Assembly (NCBI GenBank): GCA_964446145.1
Contig: CAYUOB010000001.1
Coordinates: forward strand, 16,387-80,386
Reading direction: 5' to 3'
Source of the DNA: an uncultured Desulfobacula sp.
Lineage (GTDB): Bacteria; Desulfobacterota; Desulfobacteria; Desulfobacterales; Desulfobacteraceae
DNA: 64,000 nucleotides
The position numbers and the translations under genes are program-made. A model generated the notes under the pieces. That model was given only the letters and a program-made list of their open reading frames with translations. It was not told the origin of the DNA and ran no database searches. Position 1 is the stretch's first letter, and every line of letters starts with the position of its first letter. Positions 27,205 to 36,750 of this stretch are shown piece after piece.

Positions 27205-27418
27205 TGCAGGATTCCTTAAAGAATATGGGGTTGCTTAAAAAAAACTAACCTTAGCCTGTAAATGCCGGGAAACAGAATGAAAATGCCTGGGGAACGGAAA
27301 CAAAAAATCAGATAAGGTGCATCAGAGCAATAGAACAATAATAGCAGTAGTTTTCGGCACTTTTTGAAAAACAGATTTCAGTATTCCTCATGCTGTTTTT
27401 CAGGTACTGCAATTAATA

Positions 27419-27444
27419 ATTGTATACGGTATACGGTATACAAT
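27419..27444. promoter_or_regulatory. Palindromic operator, candidate site for the cluster GntR
   Basis: ATTGTATAC-GGTATACG-GTATACAAT: perfect 9-bp inverted arms containing three GTATAC units at 7-bp period. Confidence 0.6.
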
Positions 27445-27457
27445 ATCTTCGTGTCAA
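27428..27457 (-). promoter_or_regulatory. Sigma70-type promoter of the catabolic operon
   Basis: Perfect -35 TTGACA on the minus strand (27457-27452). The -10 candidate TATACC, 18 bp away, lies inside the palindrome. Confidence 0.45.
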
Positions 27458-27552
27458 GGAATTATTTATAAAAAAATTGATTCACTTGTTTAATAATTGT
27501 ACACTTGATTTCCGGTATTCATGAAAATCCGTAAATTACAGGGAAGGCTGCG

Positions 27553-28011
27553 ATGCGGAGAAAAGACAGGGAAATATCAGATAAATCTTCAATTACCGCC
27601 ATCATTGAAAACTGCCGGGTATGCAGGTTGGGGCTTGTGGATGGCAATATACCCTATATTGTTCCCCTATGCTTTGGGTATGAGGACGGTACACTTTATT
27701 TTCACGGTGCCTTAAGGGGGCATAGGATGGATCTGATAAAAAAGAATCCCAAAGTCTGTTTTGAATTTGACAGGATGCATGAAATACTTGAATCTGATAA
27801 TGCATGCAGCTGGGGAGTAAAATACGAAAGTGTCATTGGACAGGGCAGGGCCTTTATTATTGATTCAATGGAAGAGAAAATAAAGGCTTTGAACATTATA
27901 ATGGCCCGTTACTCTGACAAAAACTTTGTTTTTCCTGATAAAATGCTGAAGGCGACATCAGTAATCAGGCTTGAAATAGAATCCATGACAGGCAAGTGTT
28001 CGGGGTTTTAA
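27553..28011 (+). CDS. Pyridoxamine 5'-phosphate oxidase-like flavin-nucleotide-binding protein (NimA-like)
   Basis: MRRKDREI, PYIVPL, LYFH, NPKVCFE and YESVIG. Confidence 0.85.
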   Translation: MRRKDREISDKSSITAIIENCRVCRLGLVDGNIPYIVPLCFGYEDGTLYFHGALRGHRMDLIKKNPKVCFEFDRMHEILESDNACSWGVKYESVIGQGRAFIIDSMEEKIKALNIIMARYSDKNFVFPDKMLKATSVIRLEIESMTGKCSGF

Positions 28012-28159
28012 ATATTATGCCTGTGTTTATAAAAAATCTGTGTTGTTCTGAATAAAATTGATTTATATTGATGGCTGAAGTCCGATTCAGTCAGGGCTGT
28101 TTATCCGGCCTTTATTTTTCTCAAAACAGATAAAGAATCAAAACAAGCAAGGAGGGCGT

Positions 28160-28879
28160 ATGGCAGAAGAATCAGGTGTGGGCTGTTCCCGTCCGGCAGG
28201 AGGGCCTGCAGGTAAATCAGACCATGATCAGGCAAACGAAATTCAAACCATGGAAAAGGAGGAACCAGACATGATAAAAGTTGGAAAAAAAGCACCGGAG
28301 TTTACAGCTTCCGGATTTTATAAGGCAGATTTTGTCAGCATCAAATTATCTGATTATCTTGGCAAATGGGTTGTGTTATGTTTTTATCCCGGAGATTTCA
28401 CCTTTGTCTGAGCAAGTGAGATTTCAGCAGTTGCTGAAAAGTATTCTGAATTCCAGAAACTTGGGGTTGAGGTTCTTTCTATGAGCATTGACAGCATGTT
28501 TGTACATAAGATGTGGAATGACATGGAAATTTCAAAAATGGTTGAAGGCGGTGTGCCTTTTCCAATGCTTTCGGATGCAGGCGGAAAGATCGGCACTGTA
28601 TACGGTATTTATGACGAAGATGCCGGTGTTGAAACAAGGGGGCGTTTCATTATTGACCCGGACGGCATTGTTCAGGGCTATGAAGTTCTTACCCCGCCCG
28701 TTGGAAGAAATGTGAATGAGACCCTGCGTCAGATTCAGGCTTTTCAGCTTGTAAGGGAATCAAAGGGAACCCGGGCAACCCCTTCAGGGTGGAAGCCGGG
28801 CAAGGCTGTGCTGAAACCCGGCCCTGACCTTGTGGGTAATGTGTGGAAAGAATGGAAAACCAGCATGGCTTTTGACTGA
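28160..28879 (+). CDS. prxU: Selenocysteine-containing peroxiredoxin (AhpC/Prx1 type)
   Basis: ORFs 28160-28411 and 28481-28879 are in the same frame. Reading through TGA 28409-28411 gives FYPGDFTFV-U-ASEISAVAEKY, with U at the peroxidatic Cys position (FYPxDFTFVCPTE). Confidence 0.92.
28422..28439 (+). promoter_or_regulatory. Bacterial SECIS hairpin
   Basis: TTTCAGC-AGTT-GCTGAAA, a 7-bp stem with a G-containing loop, starting at the 11th base after the UGA. Confidence 0.75.
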
Positions 28880-28882
28880 TTT

Positions 28883-31249
28883 TCAATTCATCAGGTAAAA
28901 GCCAAGTTTTTTTGCATAGGGGGGAGGATTATAAAAATCTGCGTTAATAAAGTTGCCTTTGATTTCTCTGACCACAATCCTCCTTTTTACAAGGGATTTT
29001 TTAATATCATCCAGAATAAAATGAATATCCAGAAAATCATTCACCTGAATGCGGTGTGACTTGGATATCCTGAATCCTATGGAAAGCATGGAAAGCTTTT
29101 CAACCCTGATATGGCCGGATTCCCTTGTCTTGAGCCTGATAAATTCGCCTGCAAGGGATACGGTTTTAAGTGCGGCATATCTGTCCTGAATCTCCTTTGG
29201 CTCTGATTTGGCCTCTTTTTCAAGAAGCGGCTGCAGGCTTTCTGTCATATCGGCTATTTTATCATCGTTTGATATGGTTTTTGACCTTGACAGAGATTGT
29301 GCCACAAGGCTTTTAAGCTGGCCTGAATCTTCAGCGCTTACAGTATGGGCCTGGATATTGATCCTGACCAGGCACTGGCTTGTTTCATCCACAGAATCTG
29401 AAAAAGCTTTCAGGATACGGTGTTTTGCCATCTGCGCCCCGTCAGAATAGGTCAGGGGTAAAAGCATGATAAAGACTTCTTCTCCGTATCTGAAAATATC
29501 GTCTTCCCTCCGTTTTGTGCTTGCAAGCACCTTTGCAAGAGCCTTCAGGGATTTGTCGCAGGCAGATCTGTCCTTTGTCTCTTTTAGCTGCCATGACAGA
29601 TCAGCCTCTATTATGAGCATGGAAAAAATGCTTCCATACCGTTTGAGTACATCATCTTTTCCACTTACAGCCCGTTCAAAGCTCCATCGGTTTTTAAGTC
29701 CTGTAAGTGAATCTTTGGTGGCAATATTCTTTAAAGCCTGCTGGTAATAGGAACGCTCAATTGCAATGGCTGCATATTCGCCGATTGATGCCAGAATTTT
29801 AAGATCATGGTCTGTAAAAGCCCTGTCATCAATTCTGTTGATCAATTCGATTACCCCAAAGATTTTTTTGTCGGTTTTAAGGGGAGTGCCAATCACGGAT
29901 CTGGTTTTGAATCCTGTATATTTGTCCACCTTTGCACTGAAACGGCTGTCCCTGGATACATCTTCAACTATCAGGGATTTTCCGGTTTCCATTATATAGC
30001 CCGCAATTCCCTCGCCTTTGGGCAGTTTTGCACCCTGCAGTTTGTTCTTTGCAGCACCAACCACAACACAGAAAACCATGTCAGAGGTTTTGGGATCCTT
30101 AAGCAGTATGGACCAGTGCAGGGGCTCAAAAATCTGCCCAACCTGATACATGACAATGTCAAGAACCTCTTTTATGGTACCAGCTTTTGCAAGGGGCTTT
30201 CCAAGCTCAAGGGCAAGGTCATGGGTAATGTTGCTGTTCCGGCCCGTGCCCTGGGAAAGCTGGCCCATTGTGTCATGATGGTAATAGTATTTTGTGTTTG
30301 CCCTTGATAGTTTGATATTGGCCCAGAGCATGTTTTCCTTAAGTTCTGTGGCAGATGGAAACACAAAATGATAGAATTTTGATATGGCCTCGATTTCTTT
30401 ATTGGTTATGGCCATGCATTCGCCCAGGTTTATTTTGTCAGGCTGGATGATTTTTTCAACTTCAGGGGGAAGAACAGGCGGGCATGGCAGGTCAAATGAA
30501 CCGATCCCCTGTGCCCAGCACAGAAAGTCAGCAAGGCTTACAATACTGATGAGCTGTTTGTGCTCAGGGCTTATATTCAGGTGATCAAAGGGCTGGTGAT
30601 GGTATTTTACAGCCAGGGCAAGCTCCCTGGGAAGTTTCCACAATGTACAGAAGAAAGCGCCCACATCATCGTGGCCAAGGCCTATTATGCTGCGTTCCTT
30701 TTCAATCAGAAGATCGGCAGTTCCGGACAGGTGCAGTAAAAAATCCTCATAATCTGTTTTGCCTCCTGTATCCAGGATTATTTTGCCTATATCATGGAGC
30801 AGACCGGCAATATAGGCCCCTTCAGGTTCAGGATACCCGGTTCTGCCGGCAATCTCCATGCTTAAAACCGCAACGGAAATACAATGGCGCCAGAACAGAA
30901 TCCTGTTGAATTTTCCTGATGCTCCGGGTTTGAACATTTTTTCGAAAATTGTCATGCCCAGTGCAATCTTTTTTATCTCATCCTGGCCGACAAAGACCAC
31001 AGCTTCAGAAAGTGCGGTGATTTTGCGTTTAAGCCCGTACATGGCTGAATTTACGATTTCCAGCACCCGGACAGATATTCCAGGGTCTGTTTCCACAATT
31101 TTTGCCAGATCGGCAAGAGACGCTTTGTCATTTCTGGATATTTCAATGAGTTTTGCCGCAGCAGGGGGAAAACTTGGCAGTTTTCTATTGTCATGCCTTA
31201 AAACTTTTTTTATATCTGCACTGGAAGGAAGGTTCAATGAATTTTTCAT
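28883..31249 (-). CDS. HDOD-GAF signalling protein with degenerate GGDEF and possible C-terminal PilZ-like domain
   Basis: LPSFP, DPG...NSA, FWRH and AGLLHDIGK (HDOD); GEGIAG, DSRF and PL...GVIELIN (GAF); DSLTGLKNR...FRYGEEVF. Confidence 0.82.
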   Translation of the reverse strand: MKNSLNLPSSADIKKVLRHDNRKLPSFPPAAAKLIEISRNDKASLADLAKIVETDPGISVRVLEIVNSAMYGLKRKITALSEAVVFVGQDEIKKIALGMTIFEKMFKPGASGKFNRILFWRHCISVAVLSMEIAGRTGYPEPEGAYIAGLLHDIGKIILDTGGKTDYEDFLLHLSGTADLLIEKERSIIGLGHDDVGAFFCTLWKLPRELALAVKYHHQPFDHLNISPEHKQLISIVSLADFLCWAQGIGSFDLPCPPVLPPEVEKIIQPDKINLGECMAITNKEIEAISKFYHFVFPSATELKENMLWANIKLSRANTKYYYHHDTMGQLSQGTGRNSNITHDLALELGKPLAKAGTIKEVLDIVMYQVGQIFEPLHWSILLKDPKTSDMVFCVVVGAAKNKLQGAKLPKGEGIAGYIMETGKSLIVEDVSRDSRFSAKVDKYTGFKTRSVIGTPLKTDKKIFGVIELINRIDDRAFTDHDLKILASIGEYAAIAIERSYYQQALKNIATKDSLTGLKNRWSFERAVSGKDDVLKRYGSIFSMLIIEADLSWQLKETKDRSACDKSLKALAKVLASTKRREDDIFRYGEEVFIMLLPLTYSDGAQMAKHRILKAFSDSVDETSQCLVRINIQAHTVSAEDSGQLKSLVAQSLSRSKTISNDDKIADMTESLQPLLEKEAKSEPKEIQDRYAALKTVSLAGEFIRLKTRESGHIRVEKLSMLSIGFRISKSHRIQVNDFLDIHFILDDIKKSLVKRRIVVREIKGNFINADFYNPPPYAKKLGFYLMN

Positions 31250-31341
31250 TTTACTGTTTCCTGACTTGTCTGCTCTGCCGGTCTTTAAATCATATATTTA
31301 TTGTGTTCAGTATTAAGTTGGCAATTACCATAACCTGTCCG

Positions 31342-31917
31342 TTATATTTTTGCAATATCAGGATTTTTCCGTGCATGCTGACGGATATATTCATACATGA
31401 CAATTGAGGCTGCCACTGACACATTCAGGCTCTGGGTCCTGCCGAACTGGGGAATTGAAAGTTTTTTGATTCCGTTGAAAAGCTCAGGGGCAAAACTTAT
31501 TCCAAATTCCTCATGGCCGAAGATAAAAGCACTTTTTTCCGGCAGGCATATATCAGTAATCTTTTCATTACCTCCCGGCTCAAGGGCAAACATGGTATAA
31601 CCCTTTGAATTTATGTCAGCATAGCAGGAAAGAAAATTCCTGTGAAATACGGCTGGAACCCATTTGAAGGCTCCCATGCCGGGCGCAGGGTCAAAATAGT
31701 CAATGCCCACAAGATGAACCTCATGGATGCTGAACACATCCCCTGTCCTGAAAATTTTTCCTATATTGAATGTGGGTTTCAGGTGATCAAGCACAATAAT
31801 GCATTTATGATGTCCCGGTTTTGCAGAAAGGTTTTTGTTTTTCTGCTTTCTGAACCGCCTTTTTGCCATTTCGCGTTCAGCTTTCATCATTTGTCTTATT
31901 TTATGAGGGCCTGCCAT
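31342..31917 (-). CDS. TrmH/SpoU family RNA methyltransferase
   Basis: NIGKIFRT, FGHEEFGI and IPQFG..QSLNVSVAA. Confidence 0.88.
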   Translation of the reverse strand: MAGPHKIRQMMKAEREMAKRRFRKQKNKNLSAKPGHHKCIIVLDHLKPTFNIGKIFRTGDVFSIHEVHLVGIDYFDPAPGMGAFKWVPAVFHRNFLSCYADINSKGYTMFALEPGGNEKITDICLPEKSAFIFGHEEFGISFAPELFNGIKKLSIPQFGRTQSLNVSVAASIVMYEYIRQHARKNPDIAKI

Positions 31918-32187
31918 GAATTTCCTTTCTGATTTGCCATGAAATTATTTTTTTTCATAATTTTATTATATTATTAAGCCTGGCTTAAAACAAGCGTGTT
32001 TCCAGAGCATGCCGGTTGTATTCAGGTTCGGATAATTCCAATGAATATCTGTCCTGTGTTTGCCTCTGTCAGGCTTTTGCTCTGCCGGGCCTGTTATAGA
32101 ACTTGTATTACATGTCAATGCGTAATATAAATATTTTTCAGGGCCTTTTGGCCTGAACCTGAATATAAAGGAAACCCAGGAGAAAAA

Positions 32188-32754
32188 ATGAAAATTACAA
32201 TATTGCAGGGCAGTCCCAGAAAAAACGGGAATACTGCCAGGATTACAGGATGGATTAATGATGAACTGGTTTCACTTGGTCATGAAACCGAATATATTTA
32301 TCTTGGTTCAAAAAATCTTAACGGGTGTATTGCCTGTGGGAAATGCAAGGACAAGCCTGAAGAACCGGGTTGTGTCCAGAATGATGATATAATTTGGATT
32401 CTGGATAAAATAGTTGAATCCCAGGCGGTAATTTTTGCATCTCCCCTGTATTTCTGGGGAGTTTCCTCGCAGCTTAAGGCTGTGATTGACAGAACTTACA
32501 GCCTTTATGTGAATTATCACATGCCAGGGCATAAATCCCTTGTGGAAGGGCAGCGTCAGGCATTTGTGGTGACAGGGGCAGGCCCGTATGAAAATAATGC
32601 TGAAGGCGTGTTTGATGCCTTCAGAAGACTGCAGAACCCGCATAAAAGCCTTAATGCCGGTGAGCTGTTCATTGGTTCATGCACAAGCCCTGACAGGCTT
32701 GATGATTCTGCCAGACTCAGGGCTGTGGAGCTTGCCGGGAAAATTGTCCAGTAA
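32188..32754 (+). CDS. Iron-sulfur flavoprotein / NADPH-dependent FMN reductase family
   Basis: GSPRKNGNT, CIACGKC..C..DD, SPLYF and KAVIDR. Confidence 0.85.
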   Translation: MKITILQGSPRKNGNTARITGWINDELVSLGHETEYIYLGSKNLNGCIACGKCKDKPEEPGCVQNDDIIWILDKIVESQAVIFASPLYFWGVSSQLKAVIDRTYSLYVNYHMPGHKSLVEGQRQAFVVTGAGPYENNAEGVFDAFRRLQNPHKSLNAGELFIGSCTSPDRLDDSARLRAVELAGKIVQ

Positions 32755-32780
32755 TTTATGGTTTTCCCGGAAAATATAAT

Positions 32781-34310
32781 ATGATCAAATCAATGAATAT
32801 TGCCTGGTGGGTGCAGCGTTGGGCTGAGCTCAGCCCTGAAAAGACAGCCCTTGTGTTTGAGGACAGAACCATATCATATCGCGGGCTTTGCAGGCGTGCT
32901 GACAGAACAAGCTGCTGGCTTCAGTCCATAGGGATTGAAAAGGGTGACCGTGTTGCTGTGATGCTTTACAATTGCCCTGAGTTTCTTGACCTGTTTCTTG
33001 CCTGTTCAAGGCTTGGCGCTATTTTTGTCCCCATTAATTTCCGTGTTACACCAAGGGAGCTTGATTATTTTATCCAGAATTGCAGGCCAAGGCTCTTTGT
33101 CTATGGCAGAGATTTTGCGGAAGTTGTGGATGAACTCAAACCAGAGCATTATCTTCCCCCCATGATGAGGGCTGTTACAGGGATTGGCCCGTCAATCAGC
33201 CGGGTTTTTGATCTTGCCGCTGAAACAGGGCATTTTGACGGGCATCGCCCTTTTCTCACAAGATCGCTCGGGCCTGCTGATCCTGAAGAGCCCCAGGTCA
33301 TCATGTATACATCGGGAACCACAGGCAAACCCAAAGGCGCTGTGCTGAGCCACAGGAAAACATTTTTCAATTGTCTTAATGCAGATATTTTTTTTAAACT
33401 CCATTCAAGCGATATAATGCTGATTTTTCTGCCCCTGTTTCATTCCGGCGGCCTTTTTATCCAGGCTGCTCCCATTTTCTACAAAGGTGCTGCCATTGTT
33501 CTTCACAGCAAATTTGATCCGGAGCGGATCTATGCTGATATTGAAAAATACAGGGTGACAAAGTTTCTGGGGGTTCCGACGGTCTACAGGGAACTTTTAA
33601 AGGTGGCACCTGAAAAAAGAAGGGATATTTCGTCCCTCAGGGTATGTGCAGGGGGCGGAGAAAAATTGAATCAGGAATTGATTGAGCAATGTGCTGAAGC
33701 AGGGCTTGCATTCCGCCAGATCATGGGCCAGACGGAAACTTCAATTCTTTTGTGGGCTTCTGAAAATGATCCTGTTAAAAAGCCCGGTACTGTCGGCAGG
33801 CCTGTTTTCCATGCAGAGGTCAGTATCATGAATAAACACGGGCAAAAGGCAGGCCCCGGCGAAACAGGGGAAATAGTTGTCAGAGGGTCCATCATGATGA
33901 AGGAATACTGGCAGGATCCCGTAAAAACCGAAGAAACCATCAAAAACGGCTGGCTTCATACAGGAGACCTGGCTTATATGGATGAGGAAGGCTTTTTCTA
34001 TCTTGTGGGGCGTGCAGGGGATATGTACATTTCAGGAGGCGAAAATGTATATCCTGCTGAAGTTGAAAAGGTGTTGAGAATGCATCCTGACATTGAAGAC
34101 GCTGCTGTGGTAGGAATACCTGATCCGGTATGGGGCGAGACAGGCCATGCCTTTATTATTGCAAGAGAAGGCGCATCATTGACACGTGATGATATCATTG
34201 CCATGTGCCGGGGCAGGCTTGCAAAATACAAGTGGCCGGGAAAAGTCAGTTTCAGAAAAGAATTTCCAAGAACTTCCCTGGGAAAGGTGAAAAAATCCAT
34301 GCTGCGCTGA
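32781..34310 (+). CDS. Acyl-CoA synthetase (AMP-forming, FadD/MenE-like)
   Basis: MYTSGTTGKPKG, GQTE, WLHTGD, SGGENVYPAEVE and PRTSLGK. Confidence 0.9.
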   Translation: MIKSMNIAWWVQRWAELSPEKTALVFEDRTISYRGLCRRADRTSCWLQSIGIEKGDRVAVMLYNCPEFLDLFLACSRLGAIFVPINFRVTPRELDYFIQNCRPRLFVYGRDFAEVVDELKPEHYLPPMMRAVTGIGPSISRVFDLAAETGHFDGHRPFLTRSLGPADPEEPQVIMYTSGTTGKPKGAVLSHRKTFFNCLNADIFFKLHSSDIMLIFLPLFHSGGLFIQAAPIFYKGAAIVLHSKFDPERIYADIEKYRVTKFLGVPTVYRELLKVAPEKRRDISSLRVCAGGGEKLNQELIEQCAEAGLAFRQIMGQTETSILLWASENDPVKKPGTVGRPVFHAEVSIMNKHGQKAGPGETGEIVVRGSIMMKEYWQDPVKTEETIKNGWLHTGDLAYMDEEGFFYLVGRAGDMYISGGENVYPAEVEKVLRMHPDIEDAAVVGIPDPVWGETGHAFIIAREGASLTRDDIIAMCRGRLAKYKWPGKVSFRKEFPRTSLGKVKKSMLR

Positions 34311-34320
34311 TCAGTAAAGA

Positions 34321-35661
34321 TCAGTTCACCAGTATTATTCTGATATCCATGACATTGGTGCGGGTAGGCCCTGTTATCACAAGATCTGAAAGCAGATTAA
34401 AAAAGTGATATGAATCATTGTCATTCAGAAATTTTTCAGGATCAAGGCCAAGTGCCTTTGCCTTTGCAGGGGTATCAGTGTATGCAATTGCCCCTGCTGC
34501 ATCAGTGGGCCCGTCTGTGCCGTCTGTGCCTGCGGCAAGGACGAGTATATGGCCGGGGCTGTTTAGATGTCTTACGCATGCAAGGGCAAATTCCTGGTTG
34601 CGCCCGCCTTTGCCTTTTCCCCTGACCCTGACCGTGGTTTCTCCTCCTGACAGAATACATGCAGGAGGTGCAACAGGATTGCCGGTGGCAAGAATTTCCT
34701 TTGCAATATCCATGTGAAATCCGGCAGCCTGTGCTGTCTGTCCTTTTATCATGGAAGAAAGGATAAGGGTATTGTATCCGTTCCTGACAGCTTCTGACCG
34801 GGCTGCTTCCAGTGCATTTATATTTTTGCAGGTTATGAAATATGCAGTCCCTGCAAAAACCGGATCACCTGGTTTTGGGGTTTCAGCCACAAATCCTCCG
34901 GCTCCCAGTTTAAGGTGCTCATGAATGCCTGGGGGAATCAGGCTGGTAATTTTGTATTTTTTGATTATCTCAAGGCATTGAGCAAATGTTCCCTGATCCG
35001 GGGTGCAGGGGCCTGAGCCTATGATACCTGGATCATCGCCTGTAACATCTGACATGGCGAGGCAGATTACAGCGCCGGGGTAAATTTTTTTTGCAAGCAG
35101 CCCTCCCTTGATCTGTGACACATGTTTTCTTATTGTGTTGATTTCATGTATGTCTGCCCCGCATTCAAGCAGTATCTGTGTGGTTTTCTGCTTGTCTTCA
35201 AGGGTGATGCCATGGACGGGCAGGGCTGCCAGTGCTGAAGCTCCTCCTGAAATGAGAACAATGACAAGAGTGGTGCTGTCAGCTGAATCTGCCATTTCTG
35301 TGAGCGCTCTGGCTGCTTTTTTTGAATTTTCATCAGGCACGGGATGACCTGCCTGGATTATTTTTATGCGTTCTGTTTTTGATTCATGCCCGTATTTTAC
35401 AATTACAATTCCTTCAGACAACCAGGGGCCGAGAATTTTTTCCATGGCCTGTGCCATTGGAGCACAGGCTTTGCCGGCTCCAAGCACAATAATTTTTTTA
35501 AATGAATTAAGATTGTATGATCTGTTTTCTATTTTCAGAATATTGTTGGTGCGCCTGCAGATTCTGTGTATACAGACACCAGGATCAACAGCCTCAAGTG
35601 CCGAACGGAAAATTTTTTCTGCATGGGCACGCATCTGCCCTGAAATGTTCCAGGCTGCCAT
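34321..35661 (-). CDS. Glycerate kinase type 2 (DUF4147 + MOFRL)
   Basis: GAGKA, AGHPVPD, ISGGASAL, SGGETTV, GGRNQE, GTDGTDG and TRTNVMD. Confidence 0.9.
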   Translation of the reverse strand: MAAWNISGQMRAHAEKIFRSALEAVDPGVCIHRICRRTNNILKIENRSYNLNSFKKIIVLGAGKACAPMAQAMEKILGPWLSEGIVIVKYGHESKTERIKIIQAGHPVPDENSKKAARALTEMADSADSTTLVIVLISGGASALAALPVHGITLEDKQKTTQILLECGADIHEINTIRKHVSQIKGGLLAKKIYPGAVICLAMSDVTGDDPGIIGSGPCTPDQGTFAQCLEIIKKYKITSLIPPGIHEHLKLGAGGFVAETPKPGDPVFAGTAYFITCKNINALEAARSEAVRNGYNTLILSSMIKGQTAQAAGFHMDIAKEILATGNPVAPPACILSGGETTVRVRGKGKGGRNQEFALACVRHLNSPGHILVLAAGTDGTDGPTDAAGAIAYTDTPAKAKALGLDPEKFLNDNDSYHFFNLLSDLVITGPTRTNVMDIRIILVN

Positions 35662-36647
35662 CAGGATTCAAAAACCTCTGGATTGACAATATGCAAAGGC
35701 CTGCCGTTTTCATAGAAGGAAATTATATTTTCTGCCGCAATAATGGACATCTGGTTTCTGGCGTCAATGGTGGCAGAACCTATATGTGGCAGGACACATG
35801 CATTTTCCATTTTCAGGAGCTCGTTGTCAGGGCTCATGGGTTCAGGGTCGGTCACATCAAGGCCTGCACCAAGTATTTCTGTGGTTTTAATTGCCTGAAT
35901 GAGATCCTTTTCATTGTGGACAGGCCCCCTTGCAGTGTTGATAAAAATTGCCGAGTTTTTCATTTTTCTGAAAGCTGTTTTGTTGAATACATGTCTTGTT
36001 TCGGGTGTAAGACTGCAGTGTACTGATAATATATCGCTTCTGGCCAGAAGCTCATCAAAACTGACATGGCATGCACCGGTCAGTTTTTCAGCCTGCCTGT
36101 TGGGAGTCCTGTTATGATAGATGATTTTCATATTATAGGCATTTTTGCATCTTTCAGCCATTTTAAGCCCTATTCTTCCCAGTCCGAAAATACCGAGAGT
36201 CCTGTTTTTAAGTTCAATCCCAAGATGGCCGGTGGGGTTGAAACTGCCCCATTGGCCCCTTGATATGGTCTTGTGCATGAAAAACATTTTTCTTGCCACA
36301 GCAATCATCAGGCCAAAGGCAATATCTGCTGTTGCCTCGCTCATTGCATCGGGGGTGAATCCTATCGGGATTCCAAGCTTTGTTGCATACTGCACATCGA
36401 TATTGTCAAAACCCACTGCAAACTGGGAAATAATATCAAGATGGCTGCACCGGCTTAGAAAAAAATTGTCAATCCGGTCGGTCAGGGTGCAGAAAAGGCA
36501 ATTGTGCTCTTTTGCGCCTGCGATCAGTTCATCCTGTGTCATGGGGCGGTCCCTGTCCCATAAACTGAGTTTGAAATTGTGCTGTTCAAGCAGTTTGATG
36601 CCTGGTACAGGAAATTTTCTTGTGACAAGTATTTTTTTTGTTTTCAT
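35661..36647 (-). CDS. D-glycerate dehydrogenase / hydroxypyruvate-glyoxylate reductase
   Basis: AVGFDNID, GLGRIG, NTARG, GLDV..PEP and PHIGSA. Confidence 0.9.
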   Translation of the reverse strand: MKTKKILVTRKFPVPGIKLLEQHNFKLSLWDRDRPMTQDELIAGAKEHNCLFCTLTDRIDNFFLSRCSHLDIISQFAVGFDNIDVQYATKLGIPIGFTPDAMSEATADIAFGLMIAVARKMFFMHKTISRGQWGSFNPTGHLGIELKNRTLGIFGLGRIGLKMAERCKNAYNMKIIYHNRTPNRQAEKLTGACHVSFDELLARSDILSVHCSLTPETRHVFNKTAFRKMKNSAIFINTARGPVHNEKDLIQAIKTTEILGAGLDVTDPEPMSPDNELLKMENACVLPHIGSATIDARNQMSIIAAENIISFYENGRPLHIVNPEVFES

Positions 36648-36750
36648 GGGGGATTTTAATCCTTAAATTGTCTTGTTTTTTTAATGCAGTGTATATATGA
36701 TTTTTTTGACTGCCCGGCAAGACCGTAAGACAGGAAAGGACAGATTTGCC

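Noticed and set aside
28160..28879. Two separate ORFs or a nonsense pseudogene of ahpC
   Set aside because: The single in-frame TGA falls exactly on the catalytic Cys codon and is followed by a SECIS-like hairpin, so Sec recoding is far more likely.
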